A DNA stretch of 64,000 nt from assembly GCF_006345805.1 (NCBI RefSeq), contig NC_042998.1, forward strand, positions 163,804,001 through 163,868,000, written 5' to 3'. The notes under the pieces are model-generated. The model was not told the origin of the DNA, did not search any database, and was given only the letters and a program-made list of their open reading frames with translations. A program made the translations under genes and the position numbers. Below are positions 37,401 through 50,803 of this stretch, piece after piece (the first letter of the stretch is position 1; the number at the start of each line of letters is the position of its first letter). Source of the DNA: Octopus sinensis (lineage: Eukaryota).

Positions 37401-40400
37401 GTGTCTTTGTGTCTATGTTTGTCCCCCACCATCTCTTGACAACCAGTATTGATACAGTTCTATATTTAAGAGATGAGGAATTATGTACATTATTTACATT
37501 CGACAGATATTTGTCATCTTGTTTGTTGTTAACACAACGTTTCGGTTGATATACCCTCCAGCCATCTTCGTCATATGCCCGTGGGCATATGGTGTAGTGG
37601 TTAAGAGCACAGGCTACTAACCCCAAGATTCCAAGATTGATTCCAAACAGTGACCTGAATAATAACAATAATAATAATAATAATAATAATAACAACAACA
37701 TCGAAAAATACCTTAGGAATGAGAACCTAAGTTCGAAATTTCCCCAAGACACCTGAAGAAGGTTGGAGGGCATATCAGCCAAAATGTTGTATTAACAACA
37801 AACAAGATGAGGACAAATATCCGTTGAATGTAAATAATGTAAATAATGAACCAGTATTGATGTGTTTACATCCCCATAACATAGCAGTTCAGCAAAAGTG
37901 ACTGATACAGTAAGTACCAAGTTTAAACAAAAAGTACTATGATTGATTCATTTGACTAAAAATTCTCCAAAGTACTGCCCCAGCATGGCCACAGTCAACT
38001 AACTGAAGCAAGTAAGAGATAAAAGATATAAAGGTGGCTAATGTTTCTAGGACTGCACTATGCTCTGGCAGAGATACTAAACATTTAGAGTTAACAATTT
38101 TCCAGTACTATAACTTGTTAAAAACAACATGACAAAAAAATGATTGACTGACTGACTTGTGAGGTACTCATTGAAGCAGCAAGTATTGTAGTACCTTACA
38201 GGATGTCAACTGAATCCACCTACATCTCAATTTTGTCAATATAATTATCAAAAGAACGCTATGAGAATCCACCAGTCTACATAGCCACTAGCATAGTTGA
38301 GTCAGACTAAAGAAATTCAAGATGGTAAAATAAAAAGAAAAATGAAATTATAATCTTTTATGTATTTGATAGAGAGTTGCTGAAGAGGTCACAGAATGGA
38401 TGACAAAAGAACTTTAACAAAGAAACCAAAATAATAGTAATAAAGCTGAAGAAAAGACCAAATATATAGCACAAGTGTTTAATTGGCAAAGTATGACCAT
38501 CCCCAAGTATAACATTATAGAAATTATAATCTTTTTGTTGAATTTAGGGAGAGTCATTATGCCTATAACAAACACAAGCACTGGTTCTATTTCACTTCTT
38601 TTGTTATTATTATTAGTCAATTCATTAACATTTAAGCTATTGGATTGCTTGATTAATCGTTTGGTGAAATCAATAATCAGCTAGGCTTATCAAAGTCCTT
38701 TCATCACCATTTGCAATCTTGTCAATGACATGCCCTCTCTATACTCCAGGTCAGTTTCAAGACTGCCAAATTAAATAGAACCAGTACAGGTGTTTATTAT
38801 TGGCATAATTATGCTCCTGAGATACAACAGAATGTGTTTCAACAAAAGTTCATATCAAGTATATTGCAAACCAAATACAAAAATGGAATTATAATCAAAA
38901 TTTATTTAATCATATATTCTTCTACTTACTGGATGACAAAGAAATCTTTCATCTATGAGAAACAAACCATGATCTGTAGCTACAAAATGATGGAATGGAT
39001 TTGTCCGAGAACAACATGAGGCAGAAATTCTTTCATCTTTAGACAGAAACTTATTCGGAAGAGCAAATACATCTCTTGGGTTTCTACAGGATGTCTGCAA
39101 CAAGAAAAGATTCAGAATAAAATATCAAAATAAAAATTGTTTTAGCAGAGATACACAGACACAAAGACAAACATACATAGACACACACATATATATGATG
39201 GGTTTCTTCCAGTTTCCATGTTGCCATCTATCAAATCCACTCACAATTCCTGGACCAGGTTGTGTGTTGTGTTCTTCAGCAAGACACTTTATTTCACACT
39301 GCTCCAGTTCCCTCAGCTGTAAAAATGAGTTGCAACTTCACTGGTGCCAAGCTGTATTGGCATTTTCCTTTCCCTTGGATAACATCAGTAACATGGAGAG
39401 GGGAGGCTGGCATGCATGGGTGACTGTTGGCCTTCCATAAACAACTTTGCTCGGAGGGTAACTTTCTAGGTACAATCATTCATAACCAAAGGGGGTCTTA
39501 AGTTTAGAAATAGCGATAGCATATAAATGACATATAAAATTGATAATAGTGACTGCCACATAAAAAGTACTCATGGCAGTGCTATGTAGGAAAGAACCTG
39601 TGCCAGTGCCACATACAAGAACCTGTGCTGGTACCACGTAAAAGAACCTGAGCCAGTGTCATGTATAGAGCACCATGCACCCTCGGTAAAATGGTTGGCA
39701 TTAGGAGGGGCATCCAACCATAGAAACCATGCCAAAACATACAAGTGGAGTCTTGGGCAGGTCTCCAGCTCCATCCTGTCAAACCATCAAACCCATGCCA
39801 GCACAGAAAACATGTTAAAAGATAAGGATAATGATGATGACATTATGAAAATGAATACAAACCCTGATATCCATCAGTTCCATAGCTGATTGATTAGTGA
39901 AAACAAATGACCGTGGATGTGAAGCGTAGTGGACATTACACCAATTTGACTTGCAAGGGAATCGGTGAGGGTGTTGATTAACCACATTCTGAACACTGAA
40001 ACAAATGTGTCAAAATAAGCAAAAAGGAAAGGGTAAAATACAAAGGAAAACTTTCACTTGGACCAAAATTTTAAAATGAAACTCAAAAACATTGAAATGA
40101 AAATTCAACGAAATGAAATTAAAATGATCTTTAGGCTGCCACTGCAAAGTGACTCAAGCTCCAAGAGTTTCATGCATCTGCATCAAATATTCTTCCTGTT
40201 TGCATCACCATACTTATTTGTATATACACACACACACACACATATATATACACATAAACATAAATATATATACATATATATAAATATATATACATATAGG
40301 GACAATTCACAAAAAAACAAAAGACGAAGACAGGTGGTGTAGACAACAAACAGATGTATTAGTTTAACACTCGGGAAGTGAAAATGTCTTTAACGTTTCG

Positions 40401-43400
40401 AGCCTACGCTCTTCTTCGATGGAAGAGTCCATCATATATCATCATCGTCATTTAACGTCTGCTTTCCATATTAGCATGGGTTGGACAGTTATATAACCAA
40501 AAAGAAGTATTGAAGCAACAATAATATAAAGGATTAAAAAAGACTTGGAAATGAAAATAGTAGAAATAAGAAAGAAATGTACCTTCTGTTGCAATCCCAC
40601 AGAAAGACAGAATTTGTATGGTCAGCTACAAGACATTCTCCCACAATATACGGACTGAAAAATAAAGTATAATGTAACAAATATAGCTACACCTAACTGA
40701 GAACAAATACAAATGTGTATATGTGGGTATATGTGTATTCATGTATGTGTACATAAATATAAATATATGTATGTGTAAATGTATATATATATGTATTTTA
40801 TGTATGTATGTGTATGTGTGTGTGTGTGTATTAGTCTAATACTCAGGAAAAATGGAAAAGTGTTTGATGCTTCAAGCCTATGCTCTTTGACAAAAAAGAA
40901 GAGGAAAGTAAATGGAGAGAAAAAAAAAACATGCCTGAGTTGACAGTTTTACATGTCAAATTGTGTGTGTGGGTGGGTGTATACAGGTTTGGCCAAAAGT
41001 CACCTGACAGTAAATCAAAAAACACTTAATTCCAAGATTAAAACAAAAAAATTATTTTATATCAGACGACTTCACTAATAAATAGGCATATGTTGAAAAA
41101 AAAAACAAAAAAAAACCGGTAATTTTAACTGACAGCATTCAATTATTAAACATTCATAATTGGAATGAATAAATAAAATTTAATATTAAGTATTTATGGA
41201 ATTTTGATTCACTGTCACGTGACTTTTGGCCAACCCTGTATATATATAAAGTGCACAATATAAAATATTCAAAAATCATAACTAAAGGACTATATAAGAG
41301 AGCAAGTGTATGTACGCCGCTATATATATATATATATATATATAAAATACAAAATGAGACAAGAACGCAAAACATCCAGATAGCTAGGTGATACAAAGAG
41401 GGACAACAAAACATCCAGATAGACAATACAAAGAAAACAATGACGAGTTATTCGAAACCCTCTATCCTCAGTCAAACGCCAGATTATCCTCGCACTTTCA
41501 GCTGATTATTCTTGAGATTGCTCCAATCTAGCCAGCCCCAAGGAGAAACTAAGCTAAGAGCATTATATTCCTTGGAAGAAAGCAATGAATGTATACAAAA
41601 ACAAGGACGGAAAAAACCGGACAAAGTTGCACAAATATAAATACAATAAAAATAATAACAGGACATAACAACAGGTGTCTTTTGACTAAGGACGAATTGA
41701 ATTAAGCTGGCATGTGTGGAAATGAAGCCTTACAGCAGGGATACAAAGATTTCACAAACACAGGGACTCTACTTTTCACTTCACTCAAAGCAGTTGCTCG
41801 AATTGCTAGAAATAGCAGTCAAATCTCTCTCAAATCACATTCTACCATCTTAAGAAAGAAGGACACATTCAAAAACAGTGTGCCAAAGAAAACAACAAGA
41901 TGGTCACAGTTGGAACACTTCTGATCATGGATTTGCTCAATCATGATTGACCTGAGACTAAAATCAAACAACAAACCTCAAGTTTACTGAAGTATATGTC
42001 TTCCCTTCACAATGAAGAGTATTCTTTAAAGAGCTGCTTATTCCATCTCCATCACTGTCACAGCTTATCTCAAACAGAAAACATTTGTCAACAGTTCGAG
42101 TTAAACAGTATGCTGAAAAGTAAAATAAGAGAGAAAATATAAAAACTAGTTCAGCAATCATCAATCTTTGGAAAAGAACTCTTTTAAAGAATCTATTTAT
42201 CAATCCCAAAAGGATGAAAGGTAAAGTCAACCTCAGGGGCATTTGAACTCAGAATGTAGACAGATGAAATGCCACTAAGCATTTTGCCAGGCGTGCTAAC
42301 AATTCTGCCAGCACACTACCTTTGTTTTTTTTAAATATTGCAATTCGTTTTGATTCATCCAAAGTTAACAACTTAATACACAATAATCATTACAAAGCCT
42401 GCAACTGGTTATTTCCTTGGTGCTACTAAGTTCATAGAAGTGCAACCATTATGTTGTCTGCTAGTTCACAGAGTATTTAAAACCATAACTGAATGACCAT
42501 TCTATTGCCAAATATTTTCATTTATTTATGCGCCCTTTTCAAGCCTAGCCAGGCTCACGGGCCCGGTTTCCTGGTTTCTGTGGTGTATGTGTTTCCCCCC
42601 AGCTGGATGGGACACCAGTCCATCACAGCGTTACTCAAGAAACAGTGAGATAAAGTTGGGGTGAAAGAGTAAAACAGGGGTCGCCACCACCCCCTGCCGG
42701 AGCCTCATGGAGCTTTTAGGTATTTTCACTTGATAAACACAGACAACACCCGGTCTGGGAATCAAAACTGTGATCCTCCAACCACGAGTCCGCTGCCCTA
42801 ACCACTGGGCCATTGCACCTCCACATTGTCAAATATATTGAATAAATAAATGCAATTCCATTCAATTTTTATTTATCATAAATTCCTAACATATTATCAT
42901 CATCATCATTTAACATGTTTTCTATGCTGGCATGGGTTGGATGGTTTGAGAGGGGCTGGCTGGCAAACCAGAGGGCTGCACCAGGCTCCAATCATCTGTT
43001 ACAGCATGGTTTCTACAGCTGGAGGACCTTTCTAATATCAACCACATCACAGAGTGCACTGGGTTTTTTTTTTTTTATCTGGTGCCAGCATGGGTGCTTT
43101 ATATGTTGTGCTAGTATGGGTGTGTTTTAAAAAAATTACTGGGTAAGTTACCCATGTATCTCCTCTAGAGACTCATGTTCCTGTCCTTCTTTCCTACTTT
43201 AGTCTCTCAACACCAGGTACAATGCCAACACCCTCAACACTGCACCCACCAATTAGTGAAGGAATCTTGTCTTGCATGTTACTTGGTGATCCCACTAGTA
43301 CTGGTGCCAACAAAAAAACACTCAGTACAATCTGTAAAGTGACTGACACTAAGAAGAGCATTCTTTATTAAAGCAAACAATGGAAACCAACACGGCCCTG

Positions 43401-46400
43401 AAGCTCATAGAATCTTGTGGAACTGTTGAACCCATACCAGCATGAAACATGGTTAAGCATCATCATCATTATCTATTTCTTTACTACCCACAAGGGGCTA
43501 AACACAGAGAGGACAGACAAACGGATTAAGTCGATTATATCGACCCCAGTGCGTAACTGGTACTTATTTTATCGACCCCGAAAGGATGAAAGGCAAAGTC
43601 GACCTCGGCGGAATTTGAACTCAGAACATAACAGCTGACGAAATATGGCTACGCATTTCGCCTGGCTTGCTAACGTTTCTGCCAGCTCGCCGCCTCATTA
43701 TCGTTTAACATCTACCTTCCATGCTGGCACGGGTTGGATGGTTTAACAGGAGCTGGCCAGGCAGAAGACTGCACTAGGCTTCTGTGTCTGTTTTGGCATG
43801 GTTTTTATGGCTGGATGCCATCCCTAATACCAACCACCCCACAGAGTGGACTGAGTACTCTTTATGTGGCACCAGCACAGGCAAGGTTGGTTTTGGCATG
43901 GTCTTTACAGCTGGATGCCCTTTCAAATACTAACTACTTTACAGTGAGGACCGGATGCTTTTTACATGGTACCAGCACTGGTAGGTACACCATGTAACTT
44001 GATCTTGTGTCAGATGATGAAAGGTTAGAGTGTGAATGCAACAATTTGAGATTTAACTTCCAATATGCAGGCTGAGTTTTAATTAGATGACAGAACTTTA
44101 AGAGCAAAATAAAGTTAAGCTCTTCATCTCTAGTGTCAGGACACATGGAGCAGATGAAGAATCTTCTAATCATTTGATATACTAGTTGCCAAATTTCCTT
44201 CTAAGCACATCCTAAAATTTTAAAAAGTACAAATTGGACAATGGGGTCTTAGAAATACAAAGAAGATGGGATGATCATGGCTGGAACACTTTAAGTTAAT
44301 ATGTGTACTTCATCAGAGCTAACTTGGTGACAAATAATAAAACACAGAGGGCAAATTGGTCAACAGATTGAATATTATTAATTACCTGTGTCGGTGGCAC
44401 ATAAAAACACCATCCGAGCGTGGCCGTCTGCCAACCTCGTCTGGCACCTGTGTCGGTGGCACATAAAATCACCTACTACACTCTCGGAGTGGTTGGCGTT
44501 AGGAAGGGCATCCAGCTGTAGAAACACTGCCAGATCTGACTGGCCTGGTACAGCCTTCGGGCTCCCCAGACCCCAGTTGAACCGTCCAACCCATGCTAGC
44601 ATGGAAAGCGGACGTTAAATGATGATGATGATGATGAATAAAATATGTGTAGAATAACTTGTATTTAGAAAAATGAATTGTATGGAAGACAAGGTTGAAA
44701 TAAAATAAAACTTACTTGTGTCATACAAAGTTTGACAAGACAGGTCAAACATTTCTTCATTCACTTTAATCTTGTGAACAAATTTTTTGTCCAAGTTAAG
44801 CAGGCTGGAGTCATTTACCTTGGGTGTGATGATTTCTTCAAGTTAAGAAATAATCTTCTAAGAAGAAGGAACTTTTAACTGTTTACCTGACCTGCTAGAA
44901 ACAATAGCAATATTCTCCCTCCAAACACTTTCTGTCATAACTCTTTAACATTCAGATTACTCTGCCAAATGCAACACTTATACATTTCCATTGTTAAGAA
45001 TTAATCATGCATTATATCATAGCTTTGGAATTTCAATGGCGTGATTGTTTATTCTTACAACAACATTGTATGATAGGTGTGAAAGGCTGGATCTGACCAG
45101 TTTGAACATAAAATAGGTAGAATATTTGGGCCAGATACAGCAAGTTTAAATACTAAGAGTTAAAAAATGAAGTACATATTACATAATGTAGTCCTTGTAT
45201 TGCAATTCCCCAACCCACAAACTAACAAAATGCTTATGGCTATAACACCATTCATCAGAGGTCTGCTCATTCAGGGTTAACCAGTGGCTAAATAATACAG
45301 ATTGATCTATTGGTCTGCTATGCACTCATCTCACATGCTCACTTATACATTATACTACATTCACTCTAAATTTCCTACTTAGTAGTTCATAGGAACAAGC
45401 ATGGCTGTTTAGTAAAGAAGCTTGCTTCACAACCACATGGTCCTGGGTTCAGTCTCATTGCATGGCACCTTGGGCAAATGTCTTGTACTATAAGGCCTCA
45501 GGCTGACCAAAGCCTTGTGTGGGGATTAGGTAGATGGAAATTGACAGAAGCCCACCATCTATATATATATATTTGTGTGTGTATGTGTATGTGTGTGTGT
45601 GTAGGGTGTTTTTGTGTTTGTCCCCCACCATCACTTGACAACTAGTGTTGGTGAGTTTACATTCCCGTAACTTACCAATTCAGCAAAAGAACCCAATAGG
45701 ATAAGTACCAGGTTAAAAAAAAATATAAGTACTAGGGTCAAGAAAAATGGCAAAATAGATAAATAAACTAATAAAAATTGGATAACTCCAGACCCTGGGT
45801 TTCTGACTCTGTATAAAAATACTTTGCCTTTGTCAATGAAATATACCAAGAATTGTACATAATTACATATATATATATATATATATACACACAAACATAC
45901 GAATACTTACATATATGCACATGTATATATATATATATGTGCACCTATATATATGACCAGTTTAGTTATCAGTCCAAACGCCATGTGCTATGCGGTCAAA
46001 ATACCACTGTGGTGAATATAATGATGAAGTGAATATATATAAATTTCTATATAAATAAGGATAAGACTGTTATTTAACAATCAAATCAAGTGGCAACACG
46101 GGAAGATAAAAACTTTATAGGTTATAATTATTATTATTAAAATTATAATAAGGGTATCTATGAGATACCACCATACTTGAAATATTCATATGTTTGTGTG
46201 TGTATATATATATGTACTTATGTACAATTCTTTGCATATTTCATTGACAAAGGCAAAGTATTTTTATACAGAGCCAGAAACCCAGGGTCTGGTATTATCC
46301 AAATTTTATTAGTTTATTTATCTATATGTCTTTTTACCTTGTGCTGTATTGAATGCATGATGTGGTTTTAGAGTCAGGTTCTGACTGCTATTTCAAGCAT

Positions 46401-46422
46401 GATGCTATCTCTTAGATACCCT

Positions 46423-46465
<43 letters not shown>

Positions 46466-49400
46466 ATATAAAATGAGATAGGGGTTGTAAATTCAACCCT
46501 CCATGGGATAACATATATCCAATATACTGCTAGAGAAGTACCCAACAAAGCTAATACATAAATGTTAAAAATTGCGATGCAATTAATTCATCTACTGTAT
46601 TATGTGGGCAAAGGTAAAATTATTTTTACCGTAAATTAATAATACAAAATGAGAAAATGGAGAAATATATCTAAATCAATCATCAACCATCTGATAATAC
46701 CCAATCAATACTTTATTAAACCATTACACAATAGCAATGATATTATACATTAATATAGTACAAATATAACAAGACATAGAAATACATTTACATTTACATT
46801 GGATGATAACTGACGAAGATTGAGCAATGTCCTATCCTGTGTATGAATTTTCCATTTGTTCCTTTGTTATGTTTCTGTTTAAATTTTGGAACTTATCATG
46901 TATATATATATTTGTAAATAGTAAAGGATTACTCCAAATGTTTACCAGTTTGCTCTTAGTTAGGTATTCAAAGTAGGTTATTCAACAGTTAATATATAAA
47001 TCCAATAATATTCTCATAAGATGAGAATTTAGAGATATATTCCATTGGATAATTCTGAATATATTACCATAACCATAGAGGTTTTCTAGGGCATATAATA
47101 TCGACAATAAAAAAAAAAGAATTATTATGAAGCGGCATAGCATTATCTTTAATTCTTTTTATATATACAGCTTTACATAGACCTACCTATGTTTCAACTG
47201 CACCTATTAAATACATAAAAAAAAAAAAAAGAGATCTCAAGACCCTTAAAAATTGAAAACACAATGAATCTTAAGGATACTGATTGTTTTGAAATCAGGC
47301 CCAGTTATGGCAGCTAGTGATATTGTAGAATCTGCTTGGTTGGAGAAGTTCAATGTTTGCAAACATCCACCTATAAATTTATGATTGGAATGCTGAAAAA
47401 AAGCAATAAAAAAAAAAAACGATGTATGTGTGTGTGTATGAGAGCATGAAAGAGAAAAACAACTACATAGGCATGCTTTTATAGTTTCATTAGTTTCTGA
47501 TTGGACTCTGGTCATGTTGGAGCACAGCATTCAAGAGTGTTAATCAGTCATAGCCAAGGACTTAGGCACCTGTTTCATCAACCTTGGCAGAAGAAAATGC
47601 AAGGTGACTTGGGCACAAAGAAATGTAATGATTTTTTTTGCTTCTTCCTCACTAACCCTGACTGAGTAAAGCCAAGTTAATATACATACACACAATAAAA
47701 TAAGAATCAGCCAGAGTACTAGGTAAATACCCAACACCAAGGTAGTCCAATGGCTCATCAGTCTAGAAGTTCCCTTCTGTTTGTTTTTTTAGGCAGATTC
47801 ATCATCCATTACTGGCTTACTAGGCCTGTCATGTCCTCACCATATTACTCATTTTCGCTATCTGAATGGACTAGAGCGTCAGGAAATGAAGTGCTTTGCT
47901 CAAGAACACAATGCATTGCTTGGTTCAGGAACCAAAACCACTATCTCATGATCATGATTCCAACACCCTAACCAATAAGCCATGTGCCTCCACTAGAGCA
48001 CCAGGCATTGATACAAAACGTATAAAACCCCTGAAAGTGGTGCTCTAGTGTGGCCAATTTTAAAACTAAAACCAGTAGAAAAGGAACAAAAATAATAATA
48101 AATACTAATAAAAATAAAATTAAAAATATCAATAAAAAAAATATAGCATAAAGACAATAAAAAAATCAGCATCATCAATTGGAATGGTATTTTCTTACCC
48201 AAACATTTTGGACATCCAAAAACTTCCCAAGTGCTTCATAAAAGTTTCGTAAATAATTGTTAGCATAAAACATTTTCAATGCACTGGTTTCAGTCACATT
48301 CGCTTCTTCTGTGGCATGTAAGGCCTTAAGAATTTCCAACAGATGAATCTGCCAAGTGGCATCCTACAAAAAAAGAAATCAATGCAGACGTTAAAAATAC
48401 CCACTTGGATAAAAAAAAAAAAAAGATGCTTTGTAAGTAATAAAGCATATTGGTTTAGAGATTTACGTTAAAGACACTTCCATGAGTATCTTTCCCAGCT
48501 TATTTGTGGTCTCAATGCATCTCTTATGCACCCATAGTTGACAATAGGTAGGAAGCAAAGTCCTGCCTTCTCTCCTGCTAACTGCAACTCATGACCAATT
48601 ATCATCAGGTGTCTTATTTCTGGAGGTGTATCTGCTTTCAGAGTGGAGAGGAACTAGCAATCTTTCTTTCTAAGCTAAAGGTAGTAATGTCCATATTTGT
48701 TCATGACAGTGTGATCTTTCTGTAAGGTTTTAGTAGCATTAGGACTCCTGATTGCATTTAATATTTTACAATTATATCAGGCAGCAAGCAGACAGAATTG
48801 TTTGCCAAGGCATATGGCTTAGTTGTTAGGGTGTTGGACTCATGATCGTAAGAGTGTGATTTCAATTCCTGGACTGGGTGATACGTTGTGTTCTTGAGCA
48901 AAACACTTCATTTCACATTGCTCCAGTGCACTCATCTGGCAAAAATGAGTAATCCTGTGATGGACTGATGACCCATCCAGGTGATGAATTTGTAACACCA
49001 AAGAAACCAGGAAACCGGCCCTTATGAGTCAGCATGACTCGAGAAGATAAAATTTACAGTCTGTCTTTATTTTCTGAGTTCTAATTCTGCTGAGATTGAC
49101 TTTTCCTTTCATCCTTTAAGGAAGAGGTGGGGAAACTTTTTAGTGCAGCAGGTAAAAATTTCCAAAGAAAAAGGTCCACAAGTGGATCACAAGTTCTGAC
49201 TCTTGTATCTGTGTATATATCTATGTATAATTCAATATACCTTAATAAAGATAAGTTTAACACATTAAATTAACATGTAACATCTTCATTAATGCCACCA
49301 CTGAATTTAGGATGTTTATATTACTTATGAGGTATTCTATATGTACCTATCCTAATGTTGGACAAATCATAACAGTCAAGCACAAATTGAATTTAATTTT

Positions 49401-49650
49401 GAAAAATTACATTAAAACCTAAATACTATTATGTGTAAATGACATATTTGAACAAATTTATCCTAGTGATAATTTCATCAAAGCTAACTAACCCTAACTT
49501 TAAAATTTGACTTTGTTTAGTGAGAAGGATAAAACTACTTTTTAAAAAATGTTTTTCACTCATAAACACACATCGCCTGGTCTGAGATGCAAACACACGA
49601 TCCCTCGACCGCGAGTCTGCTGCTCTAACTACTAGGCCATGTGCCTCCAC

Positions 49651-49688
<38 letters not shown>

Positions 49689-50761
49689 CGTGACTGACCA
49701 GGCTATCAGATGTTGCTACACATCGCTTGTCACAATGCGCTTTGCATTGTTTTAGCTACCCCACTGGCTAAGCGAGCAGGCCAATATATATATATACAAA
49801 CGGTATGAAATTCTGATATGGTGCCCACATAAATATTCCAGTACCATCGCCAAACTTCCATAGGGTTTTGGGGGACTTTTTTCTATCATCTAGCTATTTT
49901 ATCTTCCCTACAAAAACGAAGGAAAAAAAAACCAACATCCATATCATGTATACTATATAAGTATCCTGTTCAGCAAACCGAATCCACATCCACAGATCTG
50001 TGTCAGCAGCCCTTAATTAGATTATTATTCATCCGAAGTTCTTCTACACATCCTCATAGCCCTTCCTTTTATTTTGTCCATCTTACCACTATCACATGGG
50101 ATGCGTATATAATTTACAGAATGACAACGTTTATCACATTCAATACTCCATAATATATGGAGTTATTCATTAGATCTGATAATATTATACGTTTCAGCTA
50201 TCAAAATAAATAAAATCGTTTCTGTAAAGTTTTAATGTCTACAATCTATGAATTCCGATCACGTAAGAGAGAAAGCAACGACGACAACTCAATAAACAAA
50301 ATGCATGAGTTACCTCCCCTGATACTTTTATTTGGTTTTACTTTTCATATTGCTAAATGTGATAATTATTTTACACGACATCGTAAGAATGCAAAGAACA
50401 AGATAAAATCTGAGAGGTGAGAAACCTATTGAAGCAATGAATTATTAGTACACAAATCACATATATTCTAAACCATCAGCTTGACTAATAATATCCTTTG
50501 TAAAAGTAAACACTATATCATAAAATATTTTACTTGTTTCAGTCATTTTGACTGCGGATATGCTGGAGCACCACCTTTAGTCAAGCAAATCGACCCCAGC
50601 ACTTATTCTTTGTAAGCCTAGTACTTATTCTATCGGTCTATTTTGTCGAACCGCTAGATTACGGGGACGTAAACACACCAACATCGGTTGTCAAGGGACG
50701 TTGGGGAGACAAACACAGACACACAAACATATACACACACGCACACACACACACATACATA

Positions 50762-50803
<42 letters not shown>

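Noticed and set aside
47569-47660. Exon-like minus-strand segment VSEEEAKKIITFLCAQ...
   Set aside because: Phase incompatible with neighbours, the flanking TAF1C exons join without it, and it resembles a decayed SINE
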